A stretch of 64,000 nt of DNA from an uncultured bacterium (lineage in GTDB: Bacteria; Zhuqueibacterota; QNDG01; JAGLOF01). The position numbers were made by a program, and so were the translations under genes. Of the stretch, positions 9,335 to 19,845 are shown in pieces (the stretch's first letter is position 1; each line of letters starts with the position of its first letter). A model generated the notes under the pieces. That model ran no database searches. It saw only the letters and a list, made by a program, of their open reading frames with translations, and was not told the DNA's origin. The DNA lies in NCBI GenBank assembly GCA_964621645.1, contig CAZUMH010000003.1:14485-78484 (forward strand), in the 5' to 3' direction.

Positions 9335-11005
9335 ATGAAAATACGAACGCCGGAAAATACCTTTACCGCAAAACTGGAAAACGGAGAGCTAGCCACTTTT
9401 CTCAAAGGGACGATACTGCAGGAAATCCTGGAATATGTGCGTCCTCCGGCTCAGGAGAAAATCGTTCTGGGAACAATAAACGGCCGGATAGCTCATCTCG
9501 GGGAGGCCATCGAAGAGGATTGTCCCGTTGGATGGATTTACGAAGGATCTGAATCAGCCGCGCGCAACTACCAGGCCACCGTCGAACTAATCCTGCTGCG
9601 GGCTGCCTTGGAACTCTATCCGGAACGGCGTCTTTTCATCGATCACTCACTAGGTGACGGTCCCTTCTGTACCTGGAAATACAAACAGCGCATGACGCGG
9701 CGACAACTGAAGAAACTTGAAAAACTTATGAACGAAATTATCGCCGCGAATGAGCCCATAACGCCGGTTGTCATGACCCGCAACAACGCCCTGGAGCAGG
9801 TGCGCCGCATTGGTGAGGACCCCCTGGTGTGCGCAGGTAATCCTGACCAGACAAAATTTATCTTTTACAGATGCGGCGATTTTATCATCCCCATGCAGGA
9901 TCCTGTCTTTACCTCAACGGGACGGGCTCGAACCTTCCATATTGTCCGCTGGTCTTCGGGCATGATCCTCCATTTCCCCCGCCGTGAGAGCCGGGTGAAG
10001 CGCAGTCCTCCTACCAATCAAAAGAAATTATTCCAGGTCTTTCAGGAATACGGCCACTGGCAGAGGATACTCGGCGTTGCCAATGTGGCTGACCTAAATG
10101 CAGCCATCCAAACGGATCGTATTGAAGAACTGGTTAAAATAAGCGAAGGATTTCACGAAAAGCGAATTGTCTTCATTTCGGACCTCATTTGCGACCGCAG
10201 CAACGATATTCGCCTGGTATTGATCGCCGGTCCTTCTTCTTCAGGAAAAACCACCTTCAGCAAACGCCTTAACATTCAGCTGCGGGTAAACGGGAAAAAA
10301 CCCTTGGTTCTCTCTCTGGATGACTATTTTCTCAACAGGGAGAATACTCCCCGAGACTCCCGGGGCAACTACAATTTCGAATCCCTGGCGGCGCTGAATA
10401 TAGAGCGCCTCAACAGCGATTTGCGTGCACTTTTAACCGGTAAATTGGTTACCCTGCCCCATTATGATTTCAAAACCGGTAAATCAAGTGACAGCCAGGA
10501 ATACCGTCTGCCTCAGGGTCAGCCGATACTATTGGAGGGAATCCACGGACTCAACGATACCTTGACCCGGCGCATCGCGCCTCGCCTGAAATTGAAAATT
10601 TATGTCAGTGTGCTTACCCAGCTCAATATCATGGACCACATACCGGTTCATACCAGTGATGTGCGTCTTTTGAGGCGGCTTCTGCGGGATGCCAAATATC
10701 GTGACTATGCTCCAGCCGACACCATAAGCAAATGGCCTTCAGTCAGATCCGGTGAAGAGAAAAATATATTTCCATATCAGGAAGGAGCGGATATTATCTT
10801 CAATTCCTCACTCATCTATGAACTGGCCGTGCTCAGACCGCTGTTACTGCCGTTTCTGCGGGAGATTAACAGTGAAGACCCGGTCCGTTCGGAAACGATT
10901 CGGCTGAAAATGCTCCTGGAACGCTTCCTGCCACTGGACCAATCACTGGTTCCTTCCAATTCACTGCTTCGCGAATTCATCGGCCAAAGCAGCTTTTGCT
11001 ATTAA
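9335..11005 (+). CDS. Uridine kinase/phosphoribulokinase-family P-loop kinase fused to ThrRS-like N-terminal TGS and second-additional domains
   Basis: A Walker A motif LIAGPSSSGKTTFSKRL sits in the middle. The N-terminal 150 aa resemble threonyl-tRNA synthetase N1/N2 (TGS-like) domains. Size is 556 aa. Confidence 0.6.
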   Translation: MKIRTPENTFTAKLENGELATFLKGTILQEILEYVRPPAQEKIVLGTINGRIAHLGEAIEEDCPVGWIYEGSESAARNYQATVELILLRAALELYPERRLFIDHSLGDGPFCTWKYKQRMTRRQLKKLEKLMNEIIAANEPITPVVMTRNNALEQVRRIGEDPLVCAGNPDQTKFIFYRCGDFIIPMQDPVFTSTGRARTFHIVRWSSGMILHFPRRESRVKRSPPTNQKKLFQVFQEYGHWQRILGVANVADLNAAIQTDRIEELVKISEGFHEKRIVFISDLICDRSNDIRLVLIAGPSSSGKTTFSKRLNIQLRVNGKKPLVLSLDDYFLNRENTPRDSRGNYNFESLAALNIERLNSDLRALLTGKLVTLPHYDFKTGKSSDSQEYRLPQGQPILLEGIHGLNDTLTRRIAPRLKLKIYVSVLTQLNIMDHIPVHTSDVRLLRRLLRDAKYRDYAPADTISKWPSVRSGEEKNIFPYQEGADIIFNSSLIYELAVLRPLLLPFLREINSEDPVRSETIRLKMLLERFLPLDQSLVPSNSLLREFIGQSSFCY

Positions 11006-11107
11006 AAAAGCCGTCCAATGCTCCCGGGCTTCAGCAGGTACTGCTGGGGATCCGCGCAGAGAAACCCGTAAGATCTGGACGGCCTCGAAAGAAATGAACC
11101 TGTCAGA

Positions 11108-12160
11108 TCAGGTGGGCTTTACCTCTTTGCAGAGATAAACATCCTGAATGGCATTGAGCAGTGTGACACCCTCTTTCATCGGCTTTTGAAATGCCTTACG
11201 GCCAGAAATCATACCCATTCCGCCTGCCCGCTTGTTGATTACAGCTGTACGTACGGCCTGTTCAAGATCACCCGCGCCCGCTGAAGCTCCACCCGAATTA
11301 ATCATACCCGCCCGGCCGTTATAACAGTTCACTACCTGATAACGGGTTAAATCAATGGGATGATCACTGGTCAGGTCTGAATATACTTTATCGCTCGTTT
11401 TGGCGAAGTTCAGGGCTTTAAAGCCGCCGTTATTGGTAGCCTGTTTCTGCTTGATTACATCCGCCTGTATTGTTACGCCCAGATGGTTGGCCTGACCGGT
11501 CAGGTCAGCAGCGGTGTGAAAGTCCGCCTGATTGGTCTTGAAAGCGCTGTTACGCAGATAGGCCCAGAGAAAGGTCACCATACCAAGTTCATGGGCGTAC
11601 TGAAACGCCTCCGAAACTTCCTGAAGCTGACGGTTGCTGTTTTCCGAACCAAAGTAGATGGTAGCACCCACTGCCACGGCACCCAGTTCAAACGCCTGCT
11701 GCACACTGGCAAAGAAAATCTGATCGAATTTGTTAGGATAGGTAAGCAATTCATTATGATTGAGTTTTACCATAAAGGGAATCCTGTGGGCATACTTTCG
11801 TGAGACGGCGCCCAGCACTCCAAGGGTCGACGCCACAGCATTGCACCCTCCTTCGATAGCCAGTTTGACAATATTCTCCGGATCGAAATAGAGCGGATTA
11901 GGCGCGAAAGAAGCGCCAGCCGTATGCTCGATACCCTGATCAACTGGAAGAATCGAAAGATATCCGCTTCCTGCCAGGCGCCCGTGGTCAAACATCGCTT
12001 GAAAATTCCTGAGTACTGCAGGAGGTCGATCCGTAAAAGTGCAAACCCGCTCTATGAAGTCGGGTCCCGGTAAAAGAAGCTGATCAACCGGGAATTTCGG
12101 GGTATAGGCAAGAAGATCCTTGCTCTCCTTGCCCAACCATTTCTCAATCTGAGCTATCAT
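11108..12160 (-). CDS. fbaB: Fructose-bisphosphate aldolase class I (FbaB/DhnA type)
   Basis: Long collinear identity to E. coli FbaB ([39 protein letters not shown]..; [16 protein letters not shown]; [10 protein letters not shown]). The start is probably Met10 of the track ORF. Confidence 0.9.
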   Translation of the reverse strand: MIAQIEKWLGKESKDLLAYTPKFPVDQLLLPGPDFIERVCTFTDRPPAVLRNFQAMFDHGRLAGSGYLSILPVDQGIEHTAGASFAPNPLYFDPENIVKLAIEGGCNAVASTLGVLGAVSRKYAHRIPFMVKLNHNELLTYPNKFDQIFFASVQQAFELGAVAVGATIYFGSENSNRQLQEVSEAFQYAHELGMVTFLWAYLRNSAFKTNQADFHTAADLTGQANHLGVTIQADVIKQKQATNNGGFKALNFAKTSDKVYSDLTSDHPIDLTRYQVVNCYNGRAGMINSGGASAGAGDLEQAVRTAVINKRAGGMGMISGRKAFQKPMKEGVTLLNAIQDVYLCKEVKPT

Positions 12161-12314
12161 GACCACACCTCCATTTTTTATAACCAAATGAAAAATACTG
12201 CCATTATCATAAAACCGTTCAGTCTTTACCAGTCAGCAATGAGTTCATCGATGCTGTTCCTCTGGATATCAGGGCTATCCTTACCCTGACCATCAGCACA
12301 TAAGAGAAAGAACC

Positions 12315-13472
12315 TCATTTTTTGGCAATAGATCCCTTCAGTACAGCTTTGGCGATCACATCCCGCTGAATTTCGTTGGTACCCTCATACAGCTGGGTAA
12401 TCTTGGCGTCCCGCATATACTTCTCCACGGGATATTCCCGCATATAGCCATAGCCCCCGAAGATTTGAACTGCTTCGGTAGTAACATACATCGCTACATC
12501 ACTGGCAAAAAGCTTGGCCTGGGCTGACTCCTTGGAAAATTCCTTATGACCAGCATCAATCATCCGGGCTACCGAATAGGTAAGAGCCCGGGCTGCCTCG
12601 ATCTTGGTAGCCATCTCGGCCAGCTTAAACTGAATGCCCTGGAAATAGATGATGGGCTGATCGAACTGGACTCTTTGTCTGCTGTAGGCTACAGCATGAT
12701 CCAGAGCCCCCTGGGCGATGCCAACAGCCTGGGCGGCCACACCCGGCCTGGACCGATCCAAAGTCCGAATGGCTATGGGAAATCCCATGCCTTCAGAACC
12801 CAGGAGATTCTCTTTAGGAATACGGCAGTCTTCGAAAATCAATTCACCTGTCGCTGAGGCGCGTATTCCCATCTTCTCTTCTTTCTTGCCGTAGGAGAAT
12901 CCCGGTGTACCTTCTTCTACGATAAACGCCGAAGCCCCGCGGCTCCCTCTGGCCGGATTAGTGGAGGCGATAATCGTGTAAAACTTGGCCACTCCTGCGT
13001 TGGTGATAAAGTGTTTCAAACCGTTTAGTACATAAAAATCACCGTCTTTACGGGCAGTGGTTTGCATGCGACTGGCATCTGACCCAGCATCAGGCTCGGT
13101 GAGGGCGAATCCAGCCAGCATCTTTCCCGCGGCCAGATCGGGCAGGAACTTCTCTTTCTGTTCCTTGTTGCCAAAGAGAAGGAGGGGAAGTGTGCCCAGG
13201 GCCGTGGCAGCAAAGCCAAGTGCAATGCCGCCGCAAGCACGGGAGAGCTCCTCTGTTGCTAACACCAGCCCCATGGTGCCCAGACCGAGCCCTCCAAACT
13301 CCTCATCCAGATATATTCTAAAGAAGTCCATTTCAGACAGGGTCTTCATAATATCCCAGGGGAATTCGCCTGATTCATCATACTTGGCCGCAACCGGCTT
13401 GATTCTCTCTTCTGCTACCTGTCTAGCCAAATCTCTGATCATCTGCTGTTCTTCTGTCAGATAATACTCCAT
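12315..13472 (-). CDS. Acyl-CoA dehydrogenase, short-chain (butyryl-CoA dehydrogenase-like)
   Basis: The 385-aa product has ACAD family motifs (LTEPDAGSD; YEGTNEIQR) and the C-terminal catalytic Glu region. Confidence 0.85.
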   Translation of the reverse strand: MEYYLTEEQQMIRDLARQVAEERIKPVAAKYDESGEFPWDIMKTLSEMDFFRIYLDEEFGGLGLGTMGLVLATEELSRACGGIALGFAATALGTLPLLLFGNKEQKEKFLPDLAAGKMLAGFALTEPDAGSDASRMQTTARKDGDFYVLNGLKHFITNAGVAKFYTIIASTNPARGSRGASAFIVEEGTPGFSYGKKEEKMGIRASATGELIFEDCRIPKENLLGSEGMGFPIAIRTLDRSRPGVAAQAVGIAQGALDHAVAYSRQRVQFDQPIIYFQGIQFKLAEMATKIEAARALTYSVARMIDAGHKEFSKESAQAKLFASDVAMYVTTEAVQIFGGYGYMREYPVEKYMRDAKITQLYEGTNEIQRDVIAKAVLKGSIAKK

Positions 13473-13508
13473 TCAATCTCTCCTTTTTCCTCTCACCTTT
13501 TCCTTAGG

Positions 13509-14255
13509 CTATTTTTTCCGTACGCCAAGAACCTCCAGGGCGCTTAACGCCGCTTTTTGTTCAGCGCTCTTCTTTGTTTTACCCAGTCCTTCTCCCAGGA
13601 TTTCTCCATTTACCCTGACATGCACAGTAAACATCTTCTTATGCTCCGGACCGCTTTCTTGAGTAACCTCATATTGCGGACTTTTATTTCCCTGGGATTG
13701 CACATATTCTAAAAGCAGACTCTTATAATTACGGTTGAATCTGCTTTCCTCAGGAAAGCGTCCTCCGTCCAGCAGCAGACGGCTGATGAAGCTTTCAGCT
13801 GCCGGCAGCCCTCCATCTATATAGAGAGCTCCAATAACAGCTTCCAATGAATCGGCCAGAATAGAATCCCGTTTCCTGCCGCCGGATTGTTCCTCTCCTG
13901 CACTGAGGATAAGATGTTCACCTAATCCAAGACTTTTCGCCGCGGTCGCCAGTGATTCCCTGCTGACCAGGTAGGATTTTTTACGGGTCAAATCACCTTC
14001 ATCCTGACGGGGGAATTTCCGGTACAGACGCTCAGACACAACCAGTCCCAGCACCGCATCTCCTAAAAATTCCAGCCGTTCGTTGGATAGCCATCCCTTC
14101 TTAAGTTCCCAATTCATTGATCGATGCGTTAACGCTGTCTTCAGAACCTGTTCATCCTGAAAACGGTAGCCGATAGTATGATAAAGGGAATCCTGCAAAG
14201 GGGATTCCCCGAGAACTGATTTCTCTTTATTTTTCCGCCGAAACCAGGTAAACAT
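13509..14255 (-). CDS. rnc: Ribonuclease III
   Basis: The RNase III signature ERLEFLGDAVLGLVVSERLY and a C-terminal dsRBD are present. Confidence 0.9.
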   Translation of the reverse strand: MFTWFRRKNKEKSVLGESPLQDSLYHTIGYRFQDEQVLKTALTHRSMNWELKKGWLSNERLEFLGDAVLGLVVSERLYRKFPRQDEGDLTRKKSYLVSRESLATAAKSLGLGEHLILSAGEEQSGGRKRDSILADSLEAVIGALYIDGGLPAAESFISRLLLDGGRFPEESRFNRNYKSLLLEYVQSQGNKSPQYEVTQESGPEHKKMFTVHVRVNGEILGEGLGKTKKSAEQKAALSALEVLGVRKK

Positions 14256-14290
14256 GGCAGGTTTCTCCGGATGTACCCTTTCCAGGATGG

Positions 14291-15535
14291 CTAATCGACG
14301 AATTTCTTTATGCAGAGACAGACATTGTGGCCGCCGAATCCGAAAGAATTGCTGATGACTGCCTTTACCGGCATGGTACGTGCCTCGTTGGGGACATAGT
14401 CAAGATCACAATCAGGATCAGGCTCTTCGTAATTAATGGTCGGCGGAACAATACCGTGCTGGATGCTGAGAACACTGGCGATAAATTCTACACACCCGGC
14501 CGCTCCCAGCAAATGGCCCACCATGGATTTATTGGAGCTGATAGCTGTCTTGCGGGCCGCTTCACCCAGCGCCACCTTGAGGGATATCGTCTCGACCCTA
14601 TCATTATGGGGAGTGGAAGTGCCATGGGCATTCACATAATCAACTTGATCGGGATTCAATCCTGCCATGTTGATGGCCCGTTTCATTGCTTGGGCCTGAG
14701 CGGCGCCATCCTCACGGGGAGCCGTCAGGTGAAAGGCGTCTCCGGAAAAGCCGTATCCTGAAAATTCGGCATAGATCCTGGCGCCTCTTTTTTTGGCATG
14801 TGCCAGCGTCTCCAGCACCACAACTCCGGCGCCTTCTCCCATAACAAAACCGTCCCTGTTTTTTTCAAAAGGCCTGCTGGCCTTTTCCGGCTCATCGTTC
14901 CGAGTAGAGAGGGCCTTCATACTGCAAAACCCTCCCATGGCCATCTCGTTAATCACAGATTCGGTCCCGCCGACGAGCATTACATCCGCATCACCGGCCA
15001 TCAGGTGCATAAAGGCTACGCCCAAGGCGTGGGCCGAAGATGCGCAGGCCGATACGGTGCAGTAGTTGGGCCCCATAAATCCATATTTAATAGACAAGTG
15101 CCCTGCAGTGATATCCGGAATCATCATGGGGATAAAGAAGGGACTGATACGACGGGGACCTTTATCCAGCAGTTTTTTATGCTCATTTTGATAAATGTCC
15201 ATTCCTCCGATGCCGGAGCTGATGATCACGCCGACACGGTGTGGGTCCTCTTTATCCGCATCAAGTCCGGAATCCTGCATGGCCATAACCCCCGCCGATA
15301 CTCCTAAAACGGTGAAGGGATCCATGCGCCGGGCTTCTTTGGCGTCAACAAAATGAGTTGAATCAAAGCCCTTTACCTCAGCCGCTATTTGTGAAGTGAA
15401 CTCTGTTGCATCGAACTTGCTTATATGTGAAATGCCGCTCTTGCCTTTGATGAGCCCCTCCCAGAAAGAGGATACATCATTGCCAATGGCTGTCACTGCG
15501 CCCAAACCAGTGACTACGACACACCGATCACCCAT
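14291..15535 (-). CDS. fabF: 3-oxoacyl-[ACP] synthase II
   Basis: The 414-aa product shows KAS II motifs (VVVTGLGAV.., active-site Cys region CASS, HGTSTP, NSFGFGGHN). Confidence 0.9.
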   Translation of the reverse strand: MGDRCVVVTGLGAVTAIGNDVSSFWEGLIKGKSGISHISKFDATEFTSQIAAEVKGFDSTHFVDAKEARRMDPFTVLGVSAGVMAMQDSGLDADKEDPHRVGVIISSGIGGMDIYQNEHKKLLDKGPRRISPFFIPMMIPDITAGHLSIKYGFMGPNYCTVSACASSAHALGVAFMHLMAGDADVMLVGGTESVINEMAMGGFCSMKALSTRNDEPEKASRPFEKNRDGFVMGEGAGVVVLETLAHAKKRGARIYAEFSGYGFSGDAFHLTAPREDGAAQAQAMKRAINMAGLNPDQVDYVNAHGTSTPHNDRVETISLKVALGEAARKTAISSNKSMVGHLLGAAGCVEFIASVLSIQHGIVPPTINYEEPDPDCDLDYVPNEARTMPVKAVISNSFGFGGHNVCLCIKKFVD

Positions 15536-15595
15536 ACTTCCTCCTTGAAATGGAGTCCCGTTCCATGGAACGGGACTCCATGTTGTTTCGGGACC

Positions 15596-15829
15596 TTATT
15601 TGGCTTTTTCTTTCAGATAATCCAGGGCCTTCCCTACGGTGGTCAGTTTCTCGGCTTCTTCATCGGGGATTTCGATATCGAATTCCTCTTCGAAGGCCAT
15701 GATCAGCTCAACCGTGTCCAGAGAGTCAGCACCGAGATCATCGATGAAAGAAGCCTCGGGAGTAATCTCGTTGGGATCCACACCCAGACGGTCGACGATA
15801 ATCTCCTTGAACTTATCTTGGTCGATCAT
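15596..15829 (-). CDS. acpP: Acyl carrier protein
   Basis: The 77-aa product carries the phosphopantetheine site [11 protein letters not shown]. Confidence 0.95.
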   Translation of the reverse strand: MIDQDKFKEIIVDRLGVDPNEITPEASFIDDLGADSLDTVELIMAFEEEFDIEIPDEEAEKLTTVGKALDYLKEKAK

Positions 15830-15871
15830 TATTCTTTCACCTCCTTTTTATCATTTTTTTCTTCGGGGTTT

Positions 15872-16609
15872 CTAAGCAATTAATAATCCACCATCAACAT
15901 GTATCGTTTGTCCTGTAATATAATCAGATGCTGTAGAGGCAAGAAATCCAACTACCCGGGCCACATCCGCACTGCTCCCCTCTCTTTTTGCCGGAATACT
16001 TTCCAGAAAAGCTTTCTTGACATCATCACTCAGGGATTTGGTCATTTCAGTAGCGATGTATCCAGGAGCCACCGCGTTAACCTGAATATTGCGGGCTGCA
16101 ACTTCGCGGGCCACACTCTTGGTCAAACCGATCAACCCAGCCTTCGAGGCTGCGTAATTCGCCTGCCCGGCATTCCCCATGACTCCCACAACTGAGGCGA
16201 TATTGATTATCTTTCCGCTTCTCTGCCGCATCATGCCTCGCACCACCTGTTTTGTGCAGAGAAACGCCCCTTTTAAATTAATCTTCATCACCAGATCCCA
16301 CTCATCCTCTGACATCCGAACCAGCAGGTTGTCCCGGGTAATCCCTGCATTATTGACCAGAATATCAATGCGGCCGAATCTTTCAATAGCAGTCTCAATC
16401 AGCTTCTCCACTTGGCTACTGTCGGAGACATCTGCCTTTATTGCCAAGGCTTCCGTCTCCAAGGCTGATGCGGTCCCGCGGGCTCCGGCTTCATCAATGT
16501 CTGAGATCACTAGCTTGCACCCACGACTGGACAATTCCTCGGCGATGGCCCGGCCGATTCCGCGCGCCGCCCCGGTAACGAGAGCGACTTTGTCCTTAAG
16601 ATCCTTCAT
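15872..16609 (-). CDS. fabG: 3-oxoacyl-[ACP] reductase
   Basis: SDR motifs are present (ALVTGAARGIGRAIA; NAG; YAASKAG). Confidence 0.9.
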   Translation of the reverse strand: MKDLKDKVALVTGAARGIGRAIAEELSSRGCKLVISDIDEAGARGTASALETEALAIKADVSDSSQVEKLIETAIERFGRIDILVNNAGITRDNLLVRMSEDEWDLVMKINLKGAFLCTKQVVRGMMRQRSGKIINIASVVGVMGNAGQANYAASKAGLIGLTKSVAREVAARNIQVNAVAPGYIATEMTKSLSDDVKKAFLESIPAKREGSSADVARVVGFLASTASDYITGQTIHVDGGLLIA

Positions 16610-16695
16610 ATCCAGTTCCTTATATGCAGTATGCAGTTCAACTCAGAGTGCAATTAAATATTATACGAATAATTGTTGAAGACTTCAATAACAAT

Positions 16696-17613
16696 TTACA
16701 AGCGTTCCAGATCTTCCAGAGAACCGCATGTCTCGATCTCGAGGTCGCGGCTGATTCTTTTTGCCAGGCCTGAAAGCACTTTCCCGGCTCCCACTTCGAT
16801 AACACGGGTAATCCCGTCGCTTACCATGTTCTCAATGGTTTCCACCCAGCGGACCGAATGGGTCAGCTGATTATGCAGCTGTGTTCTTGTCTCTTTCACG
16901 CTGCTGACCGGCTTGGCCGTCACATTGGCATATACCGGAATACCGGCCATATGTATTTCCACCTGCTCGAGCGTGCGGCCGAACTCCTCCACTGCGTCGG
17001 TCATAAGGGGCGAATGGAAAGCCCCGCTGACCGGCAGCGGCAGCACTCTTTTAGCGCCACGCTCCTTGGCAAGGCGGACGGCTTCTTCCACTCCCTTGAG
17101 TGAACCCGAAACAACGATCTGCTGAGGTGAATTGTAATTTGCCGGCTGTACCACACCGAGTTTTCCCGCTTCGACACAAATTTCCATAACAGTAGGGACA
17201 TCGAGGCCGATGATAGCAGCCATGGTCCCTGCTGCCTTTTCTCCTGCACGCTGCATGAGTCTGCCCCGCTCCTGAACCAGCTTCAGACCCGCCTGAACAG
17301 AAAACGCTCCAGCGAAGGCCAGGGCGGAATATTCTCCCAGACTGTGCCCCGCCGCAGCGTCTGCACTAATCGAGCGTTCCTTCAGTGCCGCAGCCAGCAC
17401 CATACTGTGTATATAAAGGGCAGGCTGAGTATACATAGTCTGCTTCAGTTTATCTTCCGGACCTTTAAAAGAGATGTCGCTGATGGAAAATCCGAGCAGG
17501 TCGTCGGCTTCCTGATACAGTTTTTTTGCCTGGGGAAGATTTTCGTACAGGTCTTTCCCCATACCAACGATCTGTGATCCCTGACCAGGGAAAAGAAAGG
17601 CTGTTTTTCCCAC
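16696..17613 (-). CDS. fabD: Malonyl CoA-ACP transacylase
   Basis: The active-site motif GHSLGEYSALAFAGA is present. Size is 305 aa. Confidence 0.9.
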   Translation of the reverse strand: MGKTAFLFPGQGSQIVGMGKDLYENLPQAKKLYQEADDLLGFSISDISFKGPEDKLKQTMYTQPALYIHSMVLAAALKERSISADAAAGHSLGEYSALAFAGAFSVQAGLKLVQERGRLMQRAGEKAAGTMAAIIGLDVPTVMEICVEAGKLGVVQPANYNSPQQIVVSGSLKGVEEAVRLAKERGAKRVLPLPVSGAFHSPLMTDAVEEFGRTLEQVEIHMAGIPVYANVTAKPVSSVKETRTQLHNQLTHSVRWVETIENMVSDGITRVIEVGAGKVLSGLAKRISRDLEIETCGSLEDLERL

Positions 17614-17632
17614 TGTCTCTCCCGTTTCCTGA

Positions 17633-18631
17633 TTAAAACTGAATCAGACTCGCGCCCCAGGTGAAGCCACCGCCAAAGGCCACCAACAGGCATTTATCCC
17701 CATCCTTGAGTCTGCCTTCCTGTCTGGCCTGAGCCAGAGCCAGAGGAATAGAGGCGGCGGATGTATTCCCAAATTCCTGAATATTTACAAAGACCTTTTC
17801 ATCCGGCAGTTTCAGACGGCTGGCAATGGCTTCGATGATTCTGGTGTTGGCCTGATGGGGGATGAGAAGATCCAGATCTTCCGAAGATACCCCCGCCAGC
17901 TTAAGGGCGTGCAGAGCCGCGTCCCTCATGGCCCGGACCGCGTGCTTGTAGATGTCCCGTCCTTCCATTTTGATGAAGTGCATCTTGTTCTTTACCGTCT
18001 CTTCCGTAGCCGGATGCAAGGACCCGCCGGCTGGCTGCTCTAAAAGATGCCCCAGACTGCCGTCAGCCCTCACGTAAGTCGAGAGGATGCCTCGCTTCCC
18101 GTCGGACGGCCCGACCACGACAGCTCCGGCACCGTCTCCAAACAGAACGCAGGTGGCCCTGTCCTCCCAATCGGTAATGCGGGTAAGAACATCTGAGCCG
18201 ATAACTACTATATATCGGGACTGGCCGGTCGCGATAAGTGAATTGGCCAGAGTAAGACCGTAGATGAATCCTGAACATGCTGCGGATATATCAAGGGCTG
18301 CAGCCTTTTTTGCCCCCAGTTTTGATTGTACCCGGCAGGCTGTTGATGGGAACAAGGTATCAGGCGTAACCGTGCCTATCAGGATCAGATCGATATCTTC
18401 CGATTGCAACCCTGCGTCTTCAATGGCCTTTTGCGCAGCTTCAGTGGCCAAATCGGAATTGGCTTTGCCCTCTTCCAGGACATGTCTTCGTTCAATGCCT
18501 GTCCGTTCCTTGATCCATTCATCCGAGGTATCGACCATTTTTTCAAGATCATGATTTGTCAATACTTTTCCCGAGACTGCAGAGCCGACTCCCAGGATCA
18601 TCGCTACCGGTTTATTTGGCACTATTGCCAT
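17633..18631 (-). CDS. fabH: 3-oxoacyl-[ACP] synthase III
   Basis: The 332-aa product has the KAS III family layout with an active-site Cys (AACSGF) and a C-terminal GFGGGFTWGA. Confidence 0.9.
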   Translation of the reverse strand: MAIVPNKPVAMILGVGSAVSGKVLTNHDLEKMVDTSDEWIKERTGIERRHVLEEGKANSDLATEAAQKAIEDAGLQSEDIDLILIGTVTPDTLFPSTACRVQSKLGAKKAAALDISAACSGFIYGLTLANSLIATGQSRYIVVIGSDVLTRITDWEDRATCVLFGDGAGAVVVGPSDGKRGILSTYVRADGSLGHLLEQPAGGSLHPATEETVKNKMHFIKMEGRDIYKHAVRAMRDAALHALKLAGVSSEDLDLLIPHQANTRIIEAIASRLKLPDEKVFVNIQEFGNTSAASIPLALAQARQEGRLKDGDKCLLVAFGGGFTWGASLIQF

Positions 18632-19652
18632 CCTTTCGAATTTTTACCAACTGTTCTTCAATGTGCTGATTTAATCTGCTGGTGATCATCCTCCACGCTT
18701 CTTCCACTGCATTTTTAATGGCCCTGGGACCAGAGCTGCCGTGGGAGATAATACAGTTTCCCTTGATTCCAAGGAGGGGGGCTCCTCCATATTCCTGATA
18801 ATCAAAAAGTTTGAAAAACTTACGCAAGCTGGGCCGCATTAGGTACATGCCCAAAGTACCAGGCAAATTGCCCCTAATAGTGCGTCTCATGGTGCGCGAA
18901 ATCATCCGGGCTAGGCTTTCACCGAATTTCAGGATCACATTACCGGTAAATCCGTCGCAAATGATTACATCCGTCTCTCCCCGCAGAATATCGCGCCCCT
19001 CCACGTTTCCGGTGAAATTCAGGGAGCTTTTCTCAAGCAGGCGGTACGCCGCCCGTACCGTTTCCGTTCCCTTGGAGGATTCCTCACCTATATTAAGCAG
19101 ACCCACCCGGGGCGATTCAATCCCCATGATGTGGTTCATAAAAATTGATCCCATCATCCCGAATTGAAAAAGATGCTGAGGCCGGCAGTCGACATTAGAA
19201 CCGACGTCGAGCATGAGGCAGACACCCGATTCATGAGGCATGAAAGATCCGATGGCAGGCCTTTGCACGCCCTGAATCGTACGCAGCTGCACCAAAGCGG
19301 AAGCCATGACAGCACCTGTATTCCCGGCACTGACCACAGCATCAACCTCACCCGCTTTATGGAGTCGGATGGCGACCGCGATGGATGAATCAGGTTTTTC
19401 GCGCAGAGATAAAGCCGGAGCATCCTTCATGGAGACTTGCTGGGAAGCATGCACAATTGATATCGGCAAGTCCTTTACAAAATGATGATGGACCAGTTCC
19501 TCCTCAATCGCCCCTTCATCCCCGACCAAAACCACTTCATAACGGCCACCGGACTTCCTGGCAGCCTCGATAGCACCCGATACGATCGCTTCGGGTGCAT
19601 TATCGCCGCCCATGGCGTCAACCGCAATCTTGATTATAGATTGAGATTTCAT
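18612..19652 (-). CDS. plsX: Phosphate acyltransferase PlsX
   Basis: The N-terminus IAVDAMGGDNAP matches PlsX. The gene sits between rpmF and fabH. Confidence 0.9.
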   Translation of the reverse strand: MKSQSIIKIAVDAMGGDNAPEAIVSGAIEAARKSGGRYEVVLVGDEGAIEEELVHHHFVKDLPISIVHASQQVSMKDAPALSLREKPDSSIAVAIRLHKAGEVDAVVSAGNTGAVMASALVQLRTIQGVQRPAIGSFMPHESGVCLMLDVGSNVDCRPQHLFQFGMMGSIFMNHIMGIESPRVGLLNIGEESSKGTETVRAAYRLLEKSSLNFTGNVEGRDILRGETDVIICDGFTGNVILKFGESLARMISRTMRRTIRGNLPGTLGMYLMRPSLRKFFKLFDYQEYGGAPLLGIKGNCIISHGSSGPRAIKNAVEEAWRMITSRLNQHIEEQLVKIRKDGNSAK

Positions 19653-19835
19653 CTACCGTTCTCGGGGAACGGTAACCAGACGGCCACTATAATAACCGCA
19701 ATTGGGACAGGCCCGGTGCGGTAGTTTGGGTTGATGACAATGGGAACACTCCGTTACCGTGACCGCATCCACTTTCTGGTGGGTCCGCCGTTTGTCTCGG
19801 CGTGATTTTGATATCTTTCTTTTTGGTAAGGGCAC
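19653..19835 (-). CDS. rpmF: 50S ribosomal protein L32
   Basis: The 60-aa product reads PKRKISKSRRDKRRTH with a CxxC...CxxC zinc ribbon. It occupies the canonical position upstream of plsX. Confidence 0.9.
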   Translation of the reverse strand: MPLPKRKISKSRRDKRRTHQKVDAVTVTECSHCHQPKLPHRACPNCGYYSGRLVTVPRER

Positions 19836-19845
19836 AACAGACTCC

